From: a virus
Lineage: Duplodnaviria > Caudoviricetes
Strand: one strand, 5' to 3'
IMG/VR virus record: IMGVR_UViG_3300001868_000222
Location: 1 to 39,670 of that record
Length of the DNA stretch: 39,670 nt
Each line of letters begins with the position of its first letter. The stretch's first letter is position 1. This document shows, piece by piece, positions 19,045 through 29,007 of the stretch. Position numbers and translations under genes: made by a program. The notes beneath the pieces were generated by a model that had not been told where the DNA came from, ran no database searches, and saw nothing but the letters and a program-made list of their open reading frames with translations.

Positions 19045-19868
19045 ATGCCACAAGCTAAGAATGGAGAGTCACAGGAAAGCGTTTTTTGAGCCAGGAACTG
19101 AGCATAGACATCACTTGCTTTGAAAGCAGGATATAGATCCACATCTTTCATGATGGTTTTACGTACCCGGTTAAGGAAGCTGGTGCCTACTTTCTCATCA
19201 CCTATTGTGAAAAAGGCAAAAGCATAACGGATGTTGTCGATGATGTTGGAGTTATCTATAGATAGATCATCATCACGCAATTGCTCGATGATCTCCTCTG
19301 AAAGTTCAGGCGATATCACCGGCTCAATGTTGAGTTTTATGGCAAGTTGCATGGAGGGTTTTGCAGCAATGAAGGCCAACCGGTTGCCTGCAAATGGGGC
19401 AAACCTACGAAAATCGGTGAGATTGAAAATGTAGGAATCGTATACCAGGGTATATGCCTTGGAGGTTTTCCATACTGTGTGATATTGCTCTGAAACTTCC
19501 AAGTACTGAAGCAGGGATTCAATGCGATCTGTAAGGTCATCATTGAGGCCATCTTTTAAAGCATTGACACGTGCCGTTGATGCAGGAGCAAGATTGGTAT
19601 TTGAAGCAACTGCAAATCCATTTTCAGTTTCAACGAGATCTAATTTAGGAATTGCAGCCAGATAGCCCCTGTGCGCTACCACATCCTGAAGCTTCACGAT
19701 CAGAACCTCATCGATATCAGTGTCCAGATCTTCAAGCAATGCTGTACCGGTTAATTCTCTTGCCATCCATTCTTCAGCCAGTTCGAGACTACGTTCATAG
19801 CGACTGAACTCTGAAGTTGCTATAGTTGGGATGAAACTTTTTAGGGTATCAATATTATTGAGGAGCAT
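19041..19868 (-). CDS. Putative head-tail adaptor (DUF6712-like)
   Basis: Follows portal; start MLLNNID at 19868 overlaps the portal end. Confidence 0.55.
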   Translation of the reverse strand: MLLNNIDTLKSFIPTIATSEFSRYERSLELAEEWMARELTGTALLEDLDTDIDEVLIVKLQDVVAHRGYLAAIPKLDLVETENGFAVASNTNLAPASTARVNALKDGLNDDLTDRIESLLQYLEVSEQYHTVWKTSKAYTLVYDSYIFNLTDFRRFAPFAGNRLAFIAAKPSMQLAIKLNIEPVISPELSEEIIEQLRDDDLSIDNSNIIDNIRYAFAFFTIGDEKVGTSFLNRVRKTIMKDVDLYPAFKASDVYAQFLAQKTLSCDSPFLACGI

Positions 19869-21243
19869 TGTTGGTTGGGGTTTGAAGTTGTTTACCTGCA
19901 GGGTTTTTATCAAGGGTTGTGAAATCATAATCCGGCACTACAAACTCAAGGTCTGCAGGCCAGTTATTGAAGCGTTTTATCAGGTAGAAAGGTCGGAGTA
20001 ACTTATCGCGAATGGGTTGCATCATGGCGCTGTTGATCATGAATAGTTCTCGCTTATCGGTACCCGACATGCTTCCTTTGCTGTTACCAAAGGATGAGGC
20101 AATCAGGGAGTGTTGCACACCCATACCATAACTCATGATCGAGTTGACTTCACTGGCATCTTCAAGAAATTCGCCACCCTTTATATCTACTGTGATCGTT
20201 TCGATCGTGATATATTTTTCTTCGACTGCAGAGTTTCCGGCTGCAATCATTTCTTTGACTGCCATCAGTCCTTTACCCGAATTCTTATCTCCGGAAAGGA
20301 ACTTACTGAATTTATCAAGTTCTGCTGTTTTACGTGCTTTTACGGCATCCGGATCATTTTTATCGATCTTTTCTTCATTAAAGATATTGTTCCAGTATTT
20401 TGGAGAGATATAAAATACGTAACGAACAGAAAGTCCATTCTTCATCAAGGCATTCTTAAACTTTGGTATCATCATGGAGTGATCGTACCATCCTGAGCGG
20501 AATATGGCCCACCATTCATTCCATTGATAATAGGTATGACCGGGTGTCTGAGGGGAGCATTGAAGGATATATCTAGGAACTGCCACTCTACGGTTTCTTA
20601 TCCTATCCTGTAAATCCTTGAGTGGATTATAACGATTCAGAACTTCAGATACAGTAGTATTATCAACCCTTGCCTGACCATAATTCCAACCATCAGAATA
20701 GAAGTGTTTAACCAGGTTACCTGTTCTTGGATCTACCAATCCCCATCGTGAGTAAAGCGCCTCTTTGCTTCGAAGAGATACGATCTTAGATAAGTCTTTA
20801 GATAGGATGATTTCCGGGAAGACATTCTTAAAGTAATGTGCATCATAACATTGTTCATGGAAGTATCCTTTGATGTCATTATCCTCAAAGAACTGTAACA
20901 CGTTAGGATCTTTACAGTCTTCTAGGTGCGAGACTTTGCCATCATAAACTCTTATCTTTGGATGTACACCCTGAGCATAACAACTGTCTGCCTTGAACTT
21001 AAGGTTCTGTGAAACTATCTCATTGTCTTCAACCTTCTCCATGATCAGGTTGGGTAGGCGGTTATCCAGTCCCCAACAAACAACCTTATCAGGTCCTATA
21101 TTGAGTGTCCATACAGGGTTAACCTCAAAGTTATCGCGTGTTGATTCCATCATGAAGATGGCCTTGGCTTCAGGTGCATAGGCGATATCACCTATCTGCA
21201 TGATACCTGTAGATGTATAGACTTCGTTTGGTGACTCGATCAT
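19855..21243 (-). CDS. Portal protein
   Basis: 462 aa; WGLDNRLP and SGTDKREL motifs as I recall from Bacteroidota phage portals; position. Confidence 0.7.
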   Translation of the reverse strand: MIESPNEVYTSTGIMQIGDIAYAPEAKAIFMMESTRDNFEVNPVWTLNIGPDKVVCWGLDNRLPNLIMEKVEDNEIVSQNLKFKADSCYAQGVHPKIRVYDGKVSHLEDCKDPNVLQFFEDNDIKGYFHEQCYDAHYFKNVFPEIILSKDLSKIVSLRSKEALYSRWGLVDPRTGNLVKHFYSDGWNYGQARVDNTTVSEVLNRYNPLKDLQDRIRNRRVAVPRYILQCSPQTPGHTYYQWNEWWAIFRSGWYDHSMMIPKFKNALMKNGLSVRYVFYISPKYWNNIFNEEKIDKNDPDAVKARKTAELDKFSKFLSGDKNSGKGLMAVKEMIAAGNSAVEEKYITIETITVDIKGGEFLEDASEVNSIMSYGMGVQHSLIASSFGNSKGSMSGTDKRELFMINSAMMQPIRDKLLRPFYLIKRFNNWPADLEFVVPDYDFTTLDKNPAGKQLQTPTNNAPQ

Positions 21244-21467
21244 AATGAGACCTCCTGACCGTTATAGTTGATGATAGTGCAACGTATTACTGTGCGGATC
21301 TGTCCGGATGGGATGAACTTGATGTTGAGTGTACGACCGGCAGAGTGGAACGATGTGCAGATGCAACGATCGGCAGTGATGATGTTCCCTTCTTTGGCTA
21401 CAAACATCATCGAGAACTCACCTTTCTCTATGACCTTATGAAGATTGGATAGGTTGATGATACTCAT
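21240..21467 (-). CDS. Small hypothetical protein upstream of portal
   Basis: ATG at 21467 just downstream of promoter motif; ATGA overlap with portal. Confidence 0.7.
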   Translation of the reverse strand: MSIINLSNLHKVIEKGEFSMMFVAKEGNIITADRCICTSFHSAGRTLNIKFIPSGQIRTVIRCTIINYNGQEVSL

Positions 21468-21481
21468 TGCTTTTTTTATAA

Positions 21482-21516
21482 CAATGATAACACAGAGGTC
21501 AAAAAAACTAAAGGAC
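21482..21516 (-). promoter_or_regulatory. Putative late promoter GTCCTTT-N20-TATCATTG (portal operon)
   Basis: One of four identically spaced copies. Confidence 0.7.
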
Positions 21517-21696
21517 AATAAAAAACAGCATCAGCATATAACGCGATTTCCGATTTCGGTAATTACCGGGTCGTTTCAGCGCGGTGCGGGGTCAATAGAC
21601 CGAAAAATGGGAAAAAAACACCGTTTTTAAACGTGTTTTTACTCACTTTCAGCGTTTTAATTTTGGATTGTTGTGAATTGTGTGCGGTTTTGAATT

Positions 21697-23316
21697 TTAG
21701 AAGAACCCACCGGTGCTTACCGGGGCCTGACTGATGGAATGAACAGGGTAAAGATTCATGCCAATGAACAGCGTATCAAAGGCATCTGTACCATCGGTCC
21801 GGTATTCGAGTAAGTCTTCTTCTGTTTCTGCCAGTTTTTCTCCTGCTTTATCCTTCTGCCAGCCATTGGGGCCAACCTTGACACCGGTTAACTCCATGGC
21901 CAGTTTCAGCGCTTCATTATTGGCCTTGTTAATTTGTGGATACAGGTACTTCTGACCCTTCAATGCCTGATCAATCATCAGGTACTTTTCATGATGCTTG
22001 ACAGGGTTTCCCATGTGTTTACGGGTCACGTTCCACCGGTTCTTTTCGAATTGACTACAGATAGCAGAAGCAAAGTCCTCTTCGTTCAGTGCGTAGTTAG
22101 ATCCCAGGGCTGTATTGTCAAAATAATAGACCACTTCCTTTGTGGGATGACTGCTGTAATAAGCACAGAAGTCGTCTACAAGCTCGCGTAACTTGCGATT
22201 GTACTTAACATAGAATGACTTGATAACCTTCATCCTGATGCCTTCAGCCTGACCACATACCATCCAGTTGATGTTGGCATTATAGTCGAAGGCAACGCAG
22301 ATCGGTTGATCCGGATTCAGGTCACCATCCTGCCGGCAGTCTTCTTTCTTAAATTTATCCAGGTTATAATTTAAGTCCAGGAGAAAACTATTATTGAATG
22401 CAGTGTAAAAGTGTTTCTCAACCAGTGAAGGATAAAACCCGTCTTTTAATTTACCAGGGCGAATGCACAGGATCGAGGTCAGGAAGATAAGAGGAGGAAG
22501 ATCACGCTTCATAGTGGCAATGTACTTCTTACCTAGAAGCTCTATATTTTCAATAGTGGACCACTCGCGGTAATAAACTGCAATAGAACGGAATTGTGCG
22601 AGCTTCAGGGTGTATTCTTTGATCATCCGGATGGTGTAAGATGTCTGAGGCTTGGCTATTTCTTTGGCGCGTTCTACTGCCATGAATTGAATCATGTTGA
22701 TCAGCTCAGGATCCATCTTCTTTTTATAATTCAAGAACCAGCTTCCTTTCTTGGTCGTTGGCATGTCTGATACAAAGAGCATGGAGTTGAGCCATGGGGA
22801 GTTTTTCCATGGTCCTTTGAATCCACCATTCGCAGGAATAGTTTCATCCTTTAGTTTATCATAGTTTAAGAACTTTGCCTCGTCACCCATAATATATTGA
22901 AGGGTCAAAGAATTGCTGGAACCGGGCACGTCCTGGCTGATCAGGTAGCATACCGATCCATTATACCATGACATCACATGGTCGTAACTGACGGGCTCTA
23001 TAATCGGTTTTGCGAATCCTAAACTTTTGGGAGGTCTGACGCCAATGAAATAATGTTCGTCTCTTCGAAAACCCATATCTGCCAAAGCTCGAAATGTTCC
23101 GGGAAGTGTCCTGGTTAAAAGTTGCTGAAATGTGGACCCGATGATACCCCCTCCGGATTGAGGCATGTACTGTACATTTCTTAAAAGCCATGGAGAGATG
23201 ATGCCGTGAGTTTTCCCGAACCTTCGTCCGGCTACAATCACAGAGGTATGTGCTGCAGTATAACGAAACTCCAGTTGTGGATCATTGAAATATACTTTTT
23301 TGGTTTCCTTACTCAT
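21697..23316 (-). CDS. terL: Terminase large subunit
   Basis: AGRRFGKT (Walker A), IMGDE (Walker B), nuclease acidic motifs VAFDYN and DGTDAFD. Confidence 0.88.
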   Translation of the reverse strand: MSKETKKVYFNDPQLEFRYTAAHTSVIVAGRRFGKTHGIISPWLLRNVQYMPQSGGGIIGSTFQQLLTRTLPGTFRALADMGFRRDEHYFIGVRPPKSLGFAKPIIEPVSYDHVMSWYNGSVCYLISQDVPGSSNSLTLQYIMGDEAKFLNYDKLKDETIPANGGFKGPWKNSPWLNSMLFVSDMPTTKKGSWFLNYKKKMDPELINMIQFMAVERAKEIAKPQTSYTIRMIKEYTLKLAQFRSIAVYYREWSTIENIELLGKKYIATMKRDLPPLIFLTSILCIRPGKLKDGFYPSLVEKHFYTAFNNSFLLDLNYNLDKFKKEDCRQDGDLNPDQPICVAFDYNANINWMVCGQAEGIRMKVIKSFYVKYNRKLRELVDDFCAYYSSHPTKEVVYYFDNTALGSNYALNEEDFASAICSQFEKNRWNVTRKHMGNPVKHHEKYLMIDQALKGQKYLYPQINKANNEALKLAMELTGVKVGPNGWQKDKAGEKLAETEEDLLEYRTDGTDAFDTLFIGMNLYPVHSISQAPVSTGGFF

Positions 23317-23890
23317 CTTCAGTTACGTCTAAATAGTCAGCATCTTCTATTTCAATGTCACCCTTGTACTTGTTGTACATTTTCTTAATCTCCTCTTCCT
23401 TATTTGCAAGCGGTTTTACTCCCAGGATAGAGACGTCTCCGGTTGGTTCAATGGACTGAGGCTTGATATCCTCCCAGGGATACTGCAGGGCATCTTCTTT
23501 ATTCAGTTTATTATATTTGCCGTAAATAGACAGCGCCTGGATGCGATCTTTGATGTAATCAGCTCCAAGCATCTTGCACTGTTCTATGACTTGCTTGAGT
23601 TCTTCATTTACCAGGTACCGGTGCCATTCTTTTGCTGCCTGCTGCACGTTGGGAAGAAGTACGCGCATGTTTCCGATATCCCTGTATGCTTGAGTCTGTG
23701 ATATTCTGAATTCAGAGATCAAAAAGTCTCTCAGATTGGTGTCGGGGGTGGAAGGATTCTCCAGGGAAATAGAAAATACAGCCCTGATGCGTTTAAGCTG
23801 TTGGATTTCTGCAGGAGTTAGAAATATTTCTTCGTCCAGATCTTCGAATAGCGCTTCTTTAAATTTCTGCAGGTTGGTATTTCTTCCCAT
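23309..23890 (-). CDS. Putative terminase small subunit
   Basis: HTH-like FRISQTQAYRDI; overlaps terL start. Confidence 0.6.
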   Translation of the reverse strand: MGRNTNLQKFKEALFEDLDEEIFLTPAEIQQLKRIRAVFSISLENPSTPDTNLRDFLISEFRISQTQAYRDIGNMRVLLPNVQQAAKEWHRYLVNEELKQVIEQCKMLGADYIKDRIQALSIYGKYNKLNKEDALQYPWEDIKPQSIEPTGDVSILGVKPLANKEEEIKKMYNKYKGDIEIEDADYLDVTEDE

Positions 23891-23912
23891 TTTTAAAAGA
23901 TATTGATTAAGG

Positions 23913-23946
23913 AAAAAGAGCCGATATGTGACTATCAGCTCTTTTT
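23913..23946. terminator. Bidirectional-type intrinsic terminator
   Basis: aaaaagagc-cgata...tatca-gctcttttt. Confidence 0.65.
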
Positions 23947-23967
23947 AAGTTCAGATAAAGCACATTT

Positions 23968-24903
23968 TTACTGTGCAGTGAGGGTTGTGGTATCATCGAT
24001 AATACCATTTTTCTTTAGTTCTGCGAGGGTTTCTGGTTTTACCTTGGCATTGTTATCGGCCAGGCATTTTACACGATCCTGAAGCTTTAAAAGCATCGAT
24101 GCCTTGGCTTTCTCATCCAGCTGTGCGAATCCTGGAAGGAAACGGGAGATGAAAGAACGGGCTGCCATGATTGCTTTACCAAGTTCCATGGGATCAAGTT
24201 CCACTACCGGCTTATCTTCAGCAACCGGAGCTGCTTGTTCTTGTAATGCCTGATCAATTTTATCCCAACCTGCAGTGATATCATCATCAAGTTTTACAAG
24301 TTGCAATCTGAGATCTGCACGCTCCAGGTCTGTAGTGGCCAGTTTCATTTTTTCATGAAGGGTGCGCATCAGCTTGTACTCTTCTACATTCTGATCATAC
24401 ACTTTCTTCAGATCATCAGGCAGGTCGTTGTATTCAACCTTACCATTCTTGATGATCTTGAGTTGTTGGTGCGCTTCGAAATCTGGACTATCGACATCCA
24501 TTGTAGTTGGAGTTTCTGCCGTCGGAATAATGATCGTTTCAGATTTTACTTCAGGATCCTGAGATAGCCATTTATCAATACTCGACATGAGCTTGCTGAG
24601 GAATGTAGGTTGTGATTCTTTTTCACCTGCAGGGATTTCTTTGACCGGAGTTGAATCATTGACAACAGCGCTTAATACCGGTGCAGTGAACTTCATTCCT
24701 ACACGATCGGTGATAGGAAAGAGCATGAGTTTCTCCAACTCATAGGTGAGTTTACTCAGGTCACGTTTGCGCTGAAGGTATGACATCAATGCCCGGTTAC
24801 GTGAGTACTTTGCAAAAAGAGCATATCCCGAATCAAAGTCAGGTTCCTTTTTAAACCAATCGAAGATCTCCTGATGTGGTACTGAAAGTTTATTTTTAGT
24901 CAT
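23968..24903 (-). CDS. Hypothetical protein
   Basis: 311-aa helical ORF between tail tube candidate and terminase. Confidence 0.75.
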   Translation of the reverse strand: MTKNKLSVPHQEIFDWFKKEPDFDSGYALFAKYSRNRALMSYLQRKRDLSKLTYELEKLMLFPITDRVGMKFTAPVLSAVVNDSTPVKEIPAGEKESQPTFLSKLMSSIDKWLSQDPEVKSETIIIPTAETPTTMDVDSPDFEAHQQLKIIKNGKVEYNDLPDDLKKVYDQNVEEYKLMRTLHEKMKLATTDLERADLRLQLVKLDDDITAGWDKIDQALQEQAAPVAEDKPVVELDPMELGKAIMAARSFISRFLPGFAQLDEKAKASMLLKLQDRVKCLADNNAKVKPETLAELKKNGIIDDTTTLTAQ

Positions 24904-24916
24904 AGAATTTTAAAAT

Positions 24917-24950
24917 TTAAAAAGGCCATGCCGTTACTGACATGGCCTTT
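24917..24950 (-). terminator. Intrinsic terminator after capsid/tail tube genes
   Basis: aaaggccatg...catggccttt with T-run on minus strand. Confidence 0.7.
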
Positions 24951-24974
24951 AGGTTGGTTGATTAAACGGTCAGT

Positions 24975-25565
24975 TTAAGCGGTCGGTGTGAGAATACCGG
25001 TCTCGCAATCTAATGTTCCATCCTCAGTGACCAGAGAACCGACATAGGTTGGAAGTGGAGAGTAATCGTTGGCTTCGACTGAGAAATCAAGACCTTTTGC
25101 AGCGCCCGGCTTGTCGCCTGATGTGCCTTTGATTTTGGTGATGGTTTCATAATCGTCATTGCCAAGCACGATGAAACGTTTTTCAGTCTGATGCAGAAGC
25201 TGAACCACGTAGATCACGTCGTCGTTGATGGCTGCTTTGGCTACTGCCTTGGCAACATCGGAGAGGTCAGGGAAAGAGAAACTTCCTTTGTTGATGAAAA
25301 CAACATCGGGTTTTTCTCCTACCTGGTCAAAATCGAGTTTTCCTTTTCCCTGGGTAGAGTGAAGCTTCAAAAACTTCTTTCCGGTTTTCATCACGAAGTC
25401 TTCAGCTATGCGGACAGCGTCCTCAGTAGTTGCAGGAGTCAGAGATACCTTTGGAAAGGTAGCGATGTCGCTTTTGGGAACAAAGAAAACGGTAACCCTG
25501 ATACCGGATGCATTAGCATCGGTACCAGGTTTAACCAGACTAGCGTAAATTGAGGGAGTTGTCAT
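24975..25565 (-). CDS. Putative major tail (tube) protein
   Basis: 196 aa beta-rich, co-transcribed with capsid before a terminator. Confidence 0.5.
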   Translation of the reverse strand: MTTPSIYASLVKPGTDANASGIRVTVFFVPKSDIATFPKVSLTPATTEDAVRIAEDFVMKTGKKFLKLHSTQGKGKLDFDQVGEKPDVVFINKGSFSFPDLSDVAKAVAKAAINDDVIYVVQLLHQTEKRFIVLGNDDYETITKIKGTSGDKPGAAKGLDFSVEANDYSPLPTYVGSLVTEDGTLDCETGILTPTA

Positions 25566-25571
25566 ATGGTC

Positions 25572-26534
25572 TTATCCTCCTACGACTTCAGTGGTGAACT
25601 TCATAACCTTGAAGAACTCTTTCTGGATGGTTTCAAAACCAACTCCGAACCATGCCATCATGAAGAACTGAACTACCTTTGGATTGTCAGCCTGACGAAT
25701 CAAAGCGTTCTCAGTGTCAGATTGCGTATCAACAAGGATGTTGATATTGCTCTGTGGAAGAAGGAATAAGAAATCCTGATCCTTCATATTTGAAAGGGGA
25801 ACAAATTCGATGTTATCCCATCCAACAAGAGTTTTCTGGTTTACACCAATATTATTCCATGCCTGGACACCATACTCGACCTGGTACCAATCTTCATACA
25901 TCTGAAGAACAGCTTTAGGAACAAAGAACTTGAGGTCCTGATCAGTCAGGTTCTCATCAGCTTCGCGAACAAACTTTTTCAGCATATCACCGCAATTGCT
26001 GATGGTCATCTGAGTGCCTGAAGCATCATAATAATTACCATTAGCAGCTGAAACATCAGTTGCAGTGATCAGGGTATCAGTCAGCGTGCTGAATCCATTG
26101 AAAAGAGCTGCAGTGTTGGTTCCATTTGCATTTCTAACAGCTGTGAACAGTTGTTTGTACAAATGATTACCTGCTTTTTCAGCGATTTTCAAAGCCACCT
26201 TGGTGACGATCTGCAAGTCAGTCATTTTCTTGCTGATGGCTTCACCCCAGATTGAAGCCAATATTTTATTGGGATCGAACTCGATGATCACATCACCAAG
26301 ATAATTGTACTGCTCAAGCGGAGTAATTGCTACGCCACCATCTACGGCACCTTTTTCGGTTTTGTACGGACGGAATTCCCCGTCAGCATCGAGTAATCCA
26401 CCAATGTACTGACCACGTACACCCGGGATTAAAGTCATATGAGGAAGAACCTTTGCAAGTCCTATCAAGGGGGCAGTCAAAAGATCTTGTCTGATTTTTG
26501 CCTGCAGGTCGATTAATTTTTGAGCTATATCCAT
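25572..26534 (-). CDS. Major capsid protein
   Basis: 320 aa directly after prohead protease; LFNGF and C-terminal FGVGF patterns. Confidence 0.7.
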   Translation of the reverse strand: MDIAQKLIDLQAKIRQDLLTAPLIGLAKVLPHMTLIPGVRGQYIGGLLDADGEFRPYKTEKGAVDGGVAITPLEQYNYLGDVIIEFDPNKILASIWGEAISKKMTDLQIVTKVALKIAEKAGNHLYKQLFTAVRNANGTNTAALFNGFSTLTDTLITATDVSAANGNYYDASGTQMTISNCGDMLKKFVREADENLTDQDLKFFVPKAVLQMYEDWYQVEYGVQAWNNIGVNQKTLVGWDNIEFVPLSNMKDQDFLFLLPQSNINILVDTQSDTENALIRQADNPKVVQFFMMAWFGVGFETIQKEFFKVMKFTTEVVGG

Positions 26535-26540
26535 TTCGGG

Positions 26541-27830
26541 TTATTTATTAAGAATTTCTTGTACACGGGCCATACGGGTGTAGACATTTTCAGTCGTTCC
26601 ACCTGCATTGGCATCAGTTTCGGGAATTACAACTGCTGATTCAGCTCCAGCCTCTTGTCCAAGTTCTGCAACTTTGGCTTCGAGTTCAGCGATTCTGGTA
26701 GCAGAAGTTGTAGCTGCTTCGGCGTTGGTTAAAATTGTAGCATTTGCTGCTTCCAGCAACAATGCCTGAGCTGCAGATGCAGTTTCAGTAGCCTCAATTG
26801 CGGATTCGACTGCCTGAGCAGCTTCAGCGGTGAGGATGATGGCGCCATCCGCATTGGCCATGATGGCCTCAAGGTTGGCAGCCTTGGCAAATCGGGTTAA
26901 TTTCATATTCGTTGAAGGGTTTTGGTTCGAAGTGGAAGAGGTTTTTGTTGAAGATGATGAGGCCAGTTCAGCAGTATGCTGTAATGCCTTATCCACTGGC
27001 ATGATGCTGTCGATAAGTGTTCCTACTACATCCTGAGCAAAGAAGCATTTACCGGTGAACAGATTGGGATCTTTAGCAGCTTCAGGGCGATTGGACTTGA
27101 CGATATCTATGAATTTTTGAGCCAGAGGATTTAATACCTCTGTTTTCAAACCTTCATAATTTCCGGCACGAACATCATCAATCATTTTAGTCTTATCGGA
27201 AGACTGTGTGGCAGTGACACTGTGAAATTTCACGCCAAGAGATTCATAATAAGGTTGAACGTCCATGAAGTTCATTAATACTCCGATAGAACCGATGTCT
27301 GCAGTAGTATTATTGGCAATGACTTCAGTGCAACATGAGGCAACCCAGTATCCTGCGGAGCAGCAACAATCGTCAACAAATGCAACGATGGGTTTGGTTG
27401 AATTCTTGCAAATGTTTCCCAATTCTTCGGTACCGGCAACAGATCCACCAGGACAGTCACAAATCATGAAGAAAATTGCATCTACGCGAACATCATCAAT
27501 TGCTTCCTGAATCCATTTTCCAATCTGTACCGTTCCAACCGGACCACAATTCTGATCCTGTTTTGTCATCGTTCCCATCATGGTGATGATCTGGATGTTT
27601 TGAGATGACATTGTAGAAGCCATTCCATCATCACAGGAATCATCAGTAGGATCGCATGCTTTTAGAATTATAGACTCAGATCTGGGTTGAATAGCAACAC
27701 CTCCTTGAAATTCAAGGTTAAGGTTTTGATTGAACAGACCTGCAACCATCGGAGCAAGGGCATATGCTGCCTCTTCCTGAATGGCCCAGGGTTCGCTTAA
27801 GATAGATTTTAAAATAGAGTATTGCTTCAT
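26541..27830 (-). CDS. S49/SppA-family prohead protease with C-terminal scaffold-like region
   Basis: DCPGG, CCSAGYWVAS, IGSIGV; Ala/Glu-rich coiled tail. Confidence 0.85.
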   Translation of the reverse strand: MKQYSILKSILSEPWAIQEEAAYALAPMVAGLFNQNLNLEFQGGVAIQPRSESIILKACDPTDDSCDDGMASTMSSQNIQIITMMGTMTKQDQNCGPVGTVQIGKWIQEAIDDVRVDAIFFMICDCPGGSVAGTEELGNICKNSTKPIVAFVDDCCCSAGYWVASCCTEVIANNTTADIGSIGVLMNFMDVQPYYESLGVKFHSVTATQSSDKTKMIDDVRAGNYEGLKTEVLNPLAQKFIDIVKSNRPEAAKDPNLFTGKCFFAQDVVGTLIDSIMPVDKALQHTAELASSSSTKTSSTSNQNPSTNMKLTRFAKAANLEAIMANADGAIILTAEAAQAVESAIEATETASAAQALLLEAANATILTNAEAATTSATRIAELEAKVAELGQEAGAESAVVIPETDANAGGTTENVYTRMARVQEILNK

Positions 27831-27848
27831 TGTGTCGTAAGTTCAACA

Positions 27849-27883
27849 CAATGATACTCTTTGAAAGAGGCGTTCTAAAGGAC
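27849..27883 (-). promoter_or_regulatory. Putative late promoter GTCCTTT-N20-TATCATTG (head operon)
   Basis: One of four identically spaced copies. Confidence 0.7.
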
Positions 27884-28252
27884 TACCAATTTAGAGCCAT
27901 TCAATGATTTCCATGTGATGGTAAGTTCGTATCCACATTTACCTCCCGGTTTATCAGCCTTGATTTGTTTATATAGGAACTGGGTCCGGAGTTCATCGGT
28001 ACCGATCTGGAACGTGGTATCACCATTGACTGTAATAGAATATATAGCGCCGGCACGAAGCAATTTAAGAACTAATGCCTTTAACTCTTCAGGATAGGAT
28101 TCGGGAAGATATACTATTACCTGTGAGGTCGTGATTTGTCCCTGAGATGATTCTGTTGTGGTATCATCAAATGTACCGGTACCGGGTTGGATATCCAGAT
28201 CCTCAAATGGAAGATCTTCCTTCAATTTATATTTCATACTCTTGATGATCAT
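27875..28252 (-). CDS. Hypothetical protein
   Basis: 125-aa ORF, co-oriented. Confidence 0.65.
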   Translation of the reverse strand: MIIKSMKYKLKEDLPFEDLDIQPGTGTFDDTTTESSQGQITTSQVIVYLPESYPEELKALVLKLLRAGAIYSITVNGDTTFQIGTDELRTQFLYKQIKADKPGGKCGYELTITWKSLNGSKLVVL

Positions 28253-28341
28253 AATTCAGGTATTAAAGTTTGTAATTTGTCTGAAAACCCTGCAATTTGT
28301 CCCCTCAAAAGGGACAAATCAGTGAAAAATATTTTAGTACG

Positions 28342-28830
28342 CTAATAGCCAAGTGCTTTAGTGCTTTCATGTAACCATTTAGTCACTTTTTGCCTCCTCC
28401 GGTAGTCATCTTTCTTCAACATTTCGTATTTATCTTCACCATAGATGAGATCTGAGTACATAGAAATTACTTTCTTGCGGTCCATATTCAGATCATTACA
28501 ACCGGTGTTGACTGCCAGACGAAAATCCAGATAGCTGCTTGACACGATAAAATCGTTGATAAATAGCATATCCTCTGCAGTGAAATAAGGAAAATGGTTC
28601 TGTGTAGTGAAGCTTCCTGATTTTGGCAGTGTTATTTCTACCTGGTGGCCTTCATGTGCAGTATGAATAGGTGTCTCAGAATAACGGATCCTTGAAAAAA
28701 TGTATTTTCCCAGGGCTTCTGTTCTGACAATTGGAATAGGACCTTGTTTTGTGTCGAATATGAACCGGAGATAGTTTTCAAGGTAAGATTTTCTGAGTGA
28801 TAATTTTACGGTAGTATTTTCGGTGGCCAT
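28342..28830 (-). CDS. Hypothetical basic protein; candidate late transcription activator
   Basis: Own TAATTTTG box; between origin and late genes; basic C-terminal helix LKKDDYRRRQK. Confidence 0.45.
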   Translation of the reverse strand: MATENTTVKLSLRKSYLENYLRFIFDTKQGPIPIVRTEALGKYIFSRIRYSETPIHTAHEGHQVEITLPKSGSFTTQNHFPYFTAEDMLFINDFIVSSSYLDFRLAVNTGCNDLNMDRKKVISMYSDLIYGEDKYEMLKKDDYRRRQKVTKWLHESTKALGY

Positions 28831-28843
28831 AAGTGATTTTCAG

Positions 28844-28851
28844 CAAAATTA
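28844..28851 (-). promoter_or_regulatory. Bacteroidota -7 box TAATTTTG
   Basis: Matches TAnnTTTG, 13 nt upstream of ATG 28830. Confidence 0.55.
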
Positions 28852-29007
28852 CAATTGTAAACAGATGTTAAAAAATTAAAATGTTATAAAGTATGGACAT
28901 GTCGACTTTATTTGGTAAAAAAAGTAGCCCCCTATCAGGGCTGGGGAATTTATAAAAATATTTTTTAAATTGGTTTATATTTTACTGTAGATCAATGTAT
29001 TATAGCG

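Noticed and set aside
17442-19053. Lambda G/GT-type programmed frameshift in a tail chaperone
   Set aside because: No convincing slippery site or overlapping frame pair found
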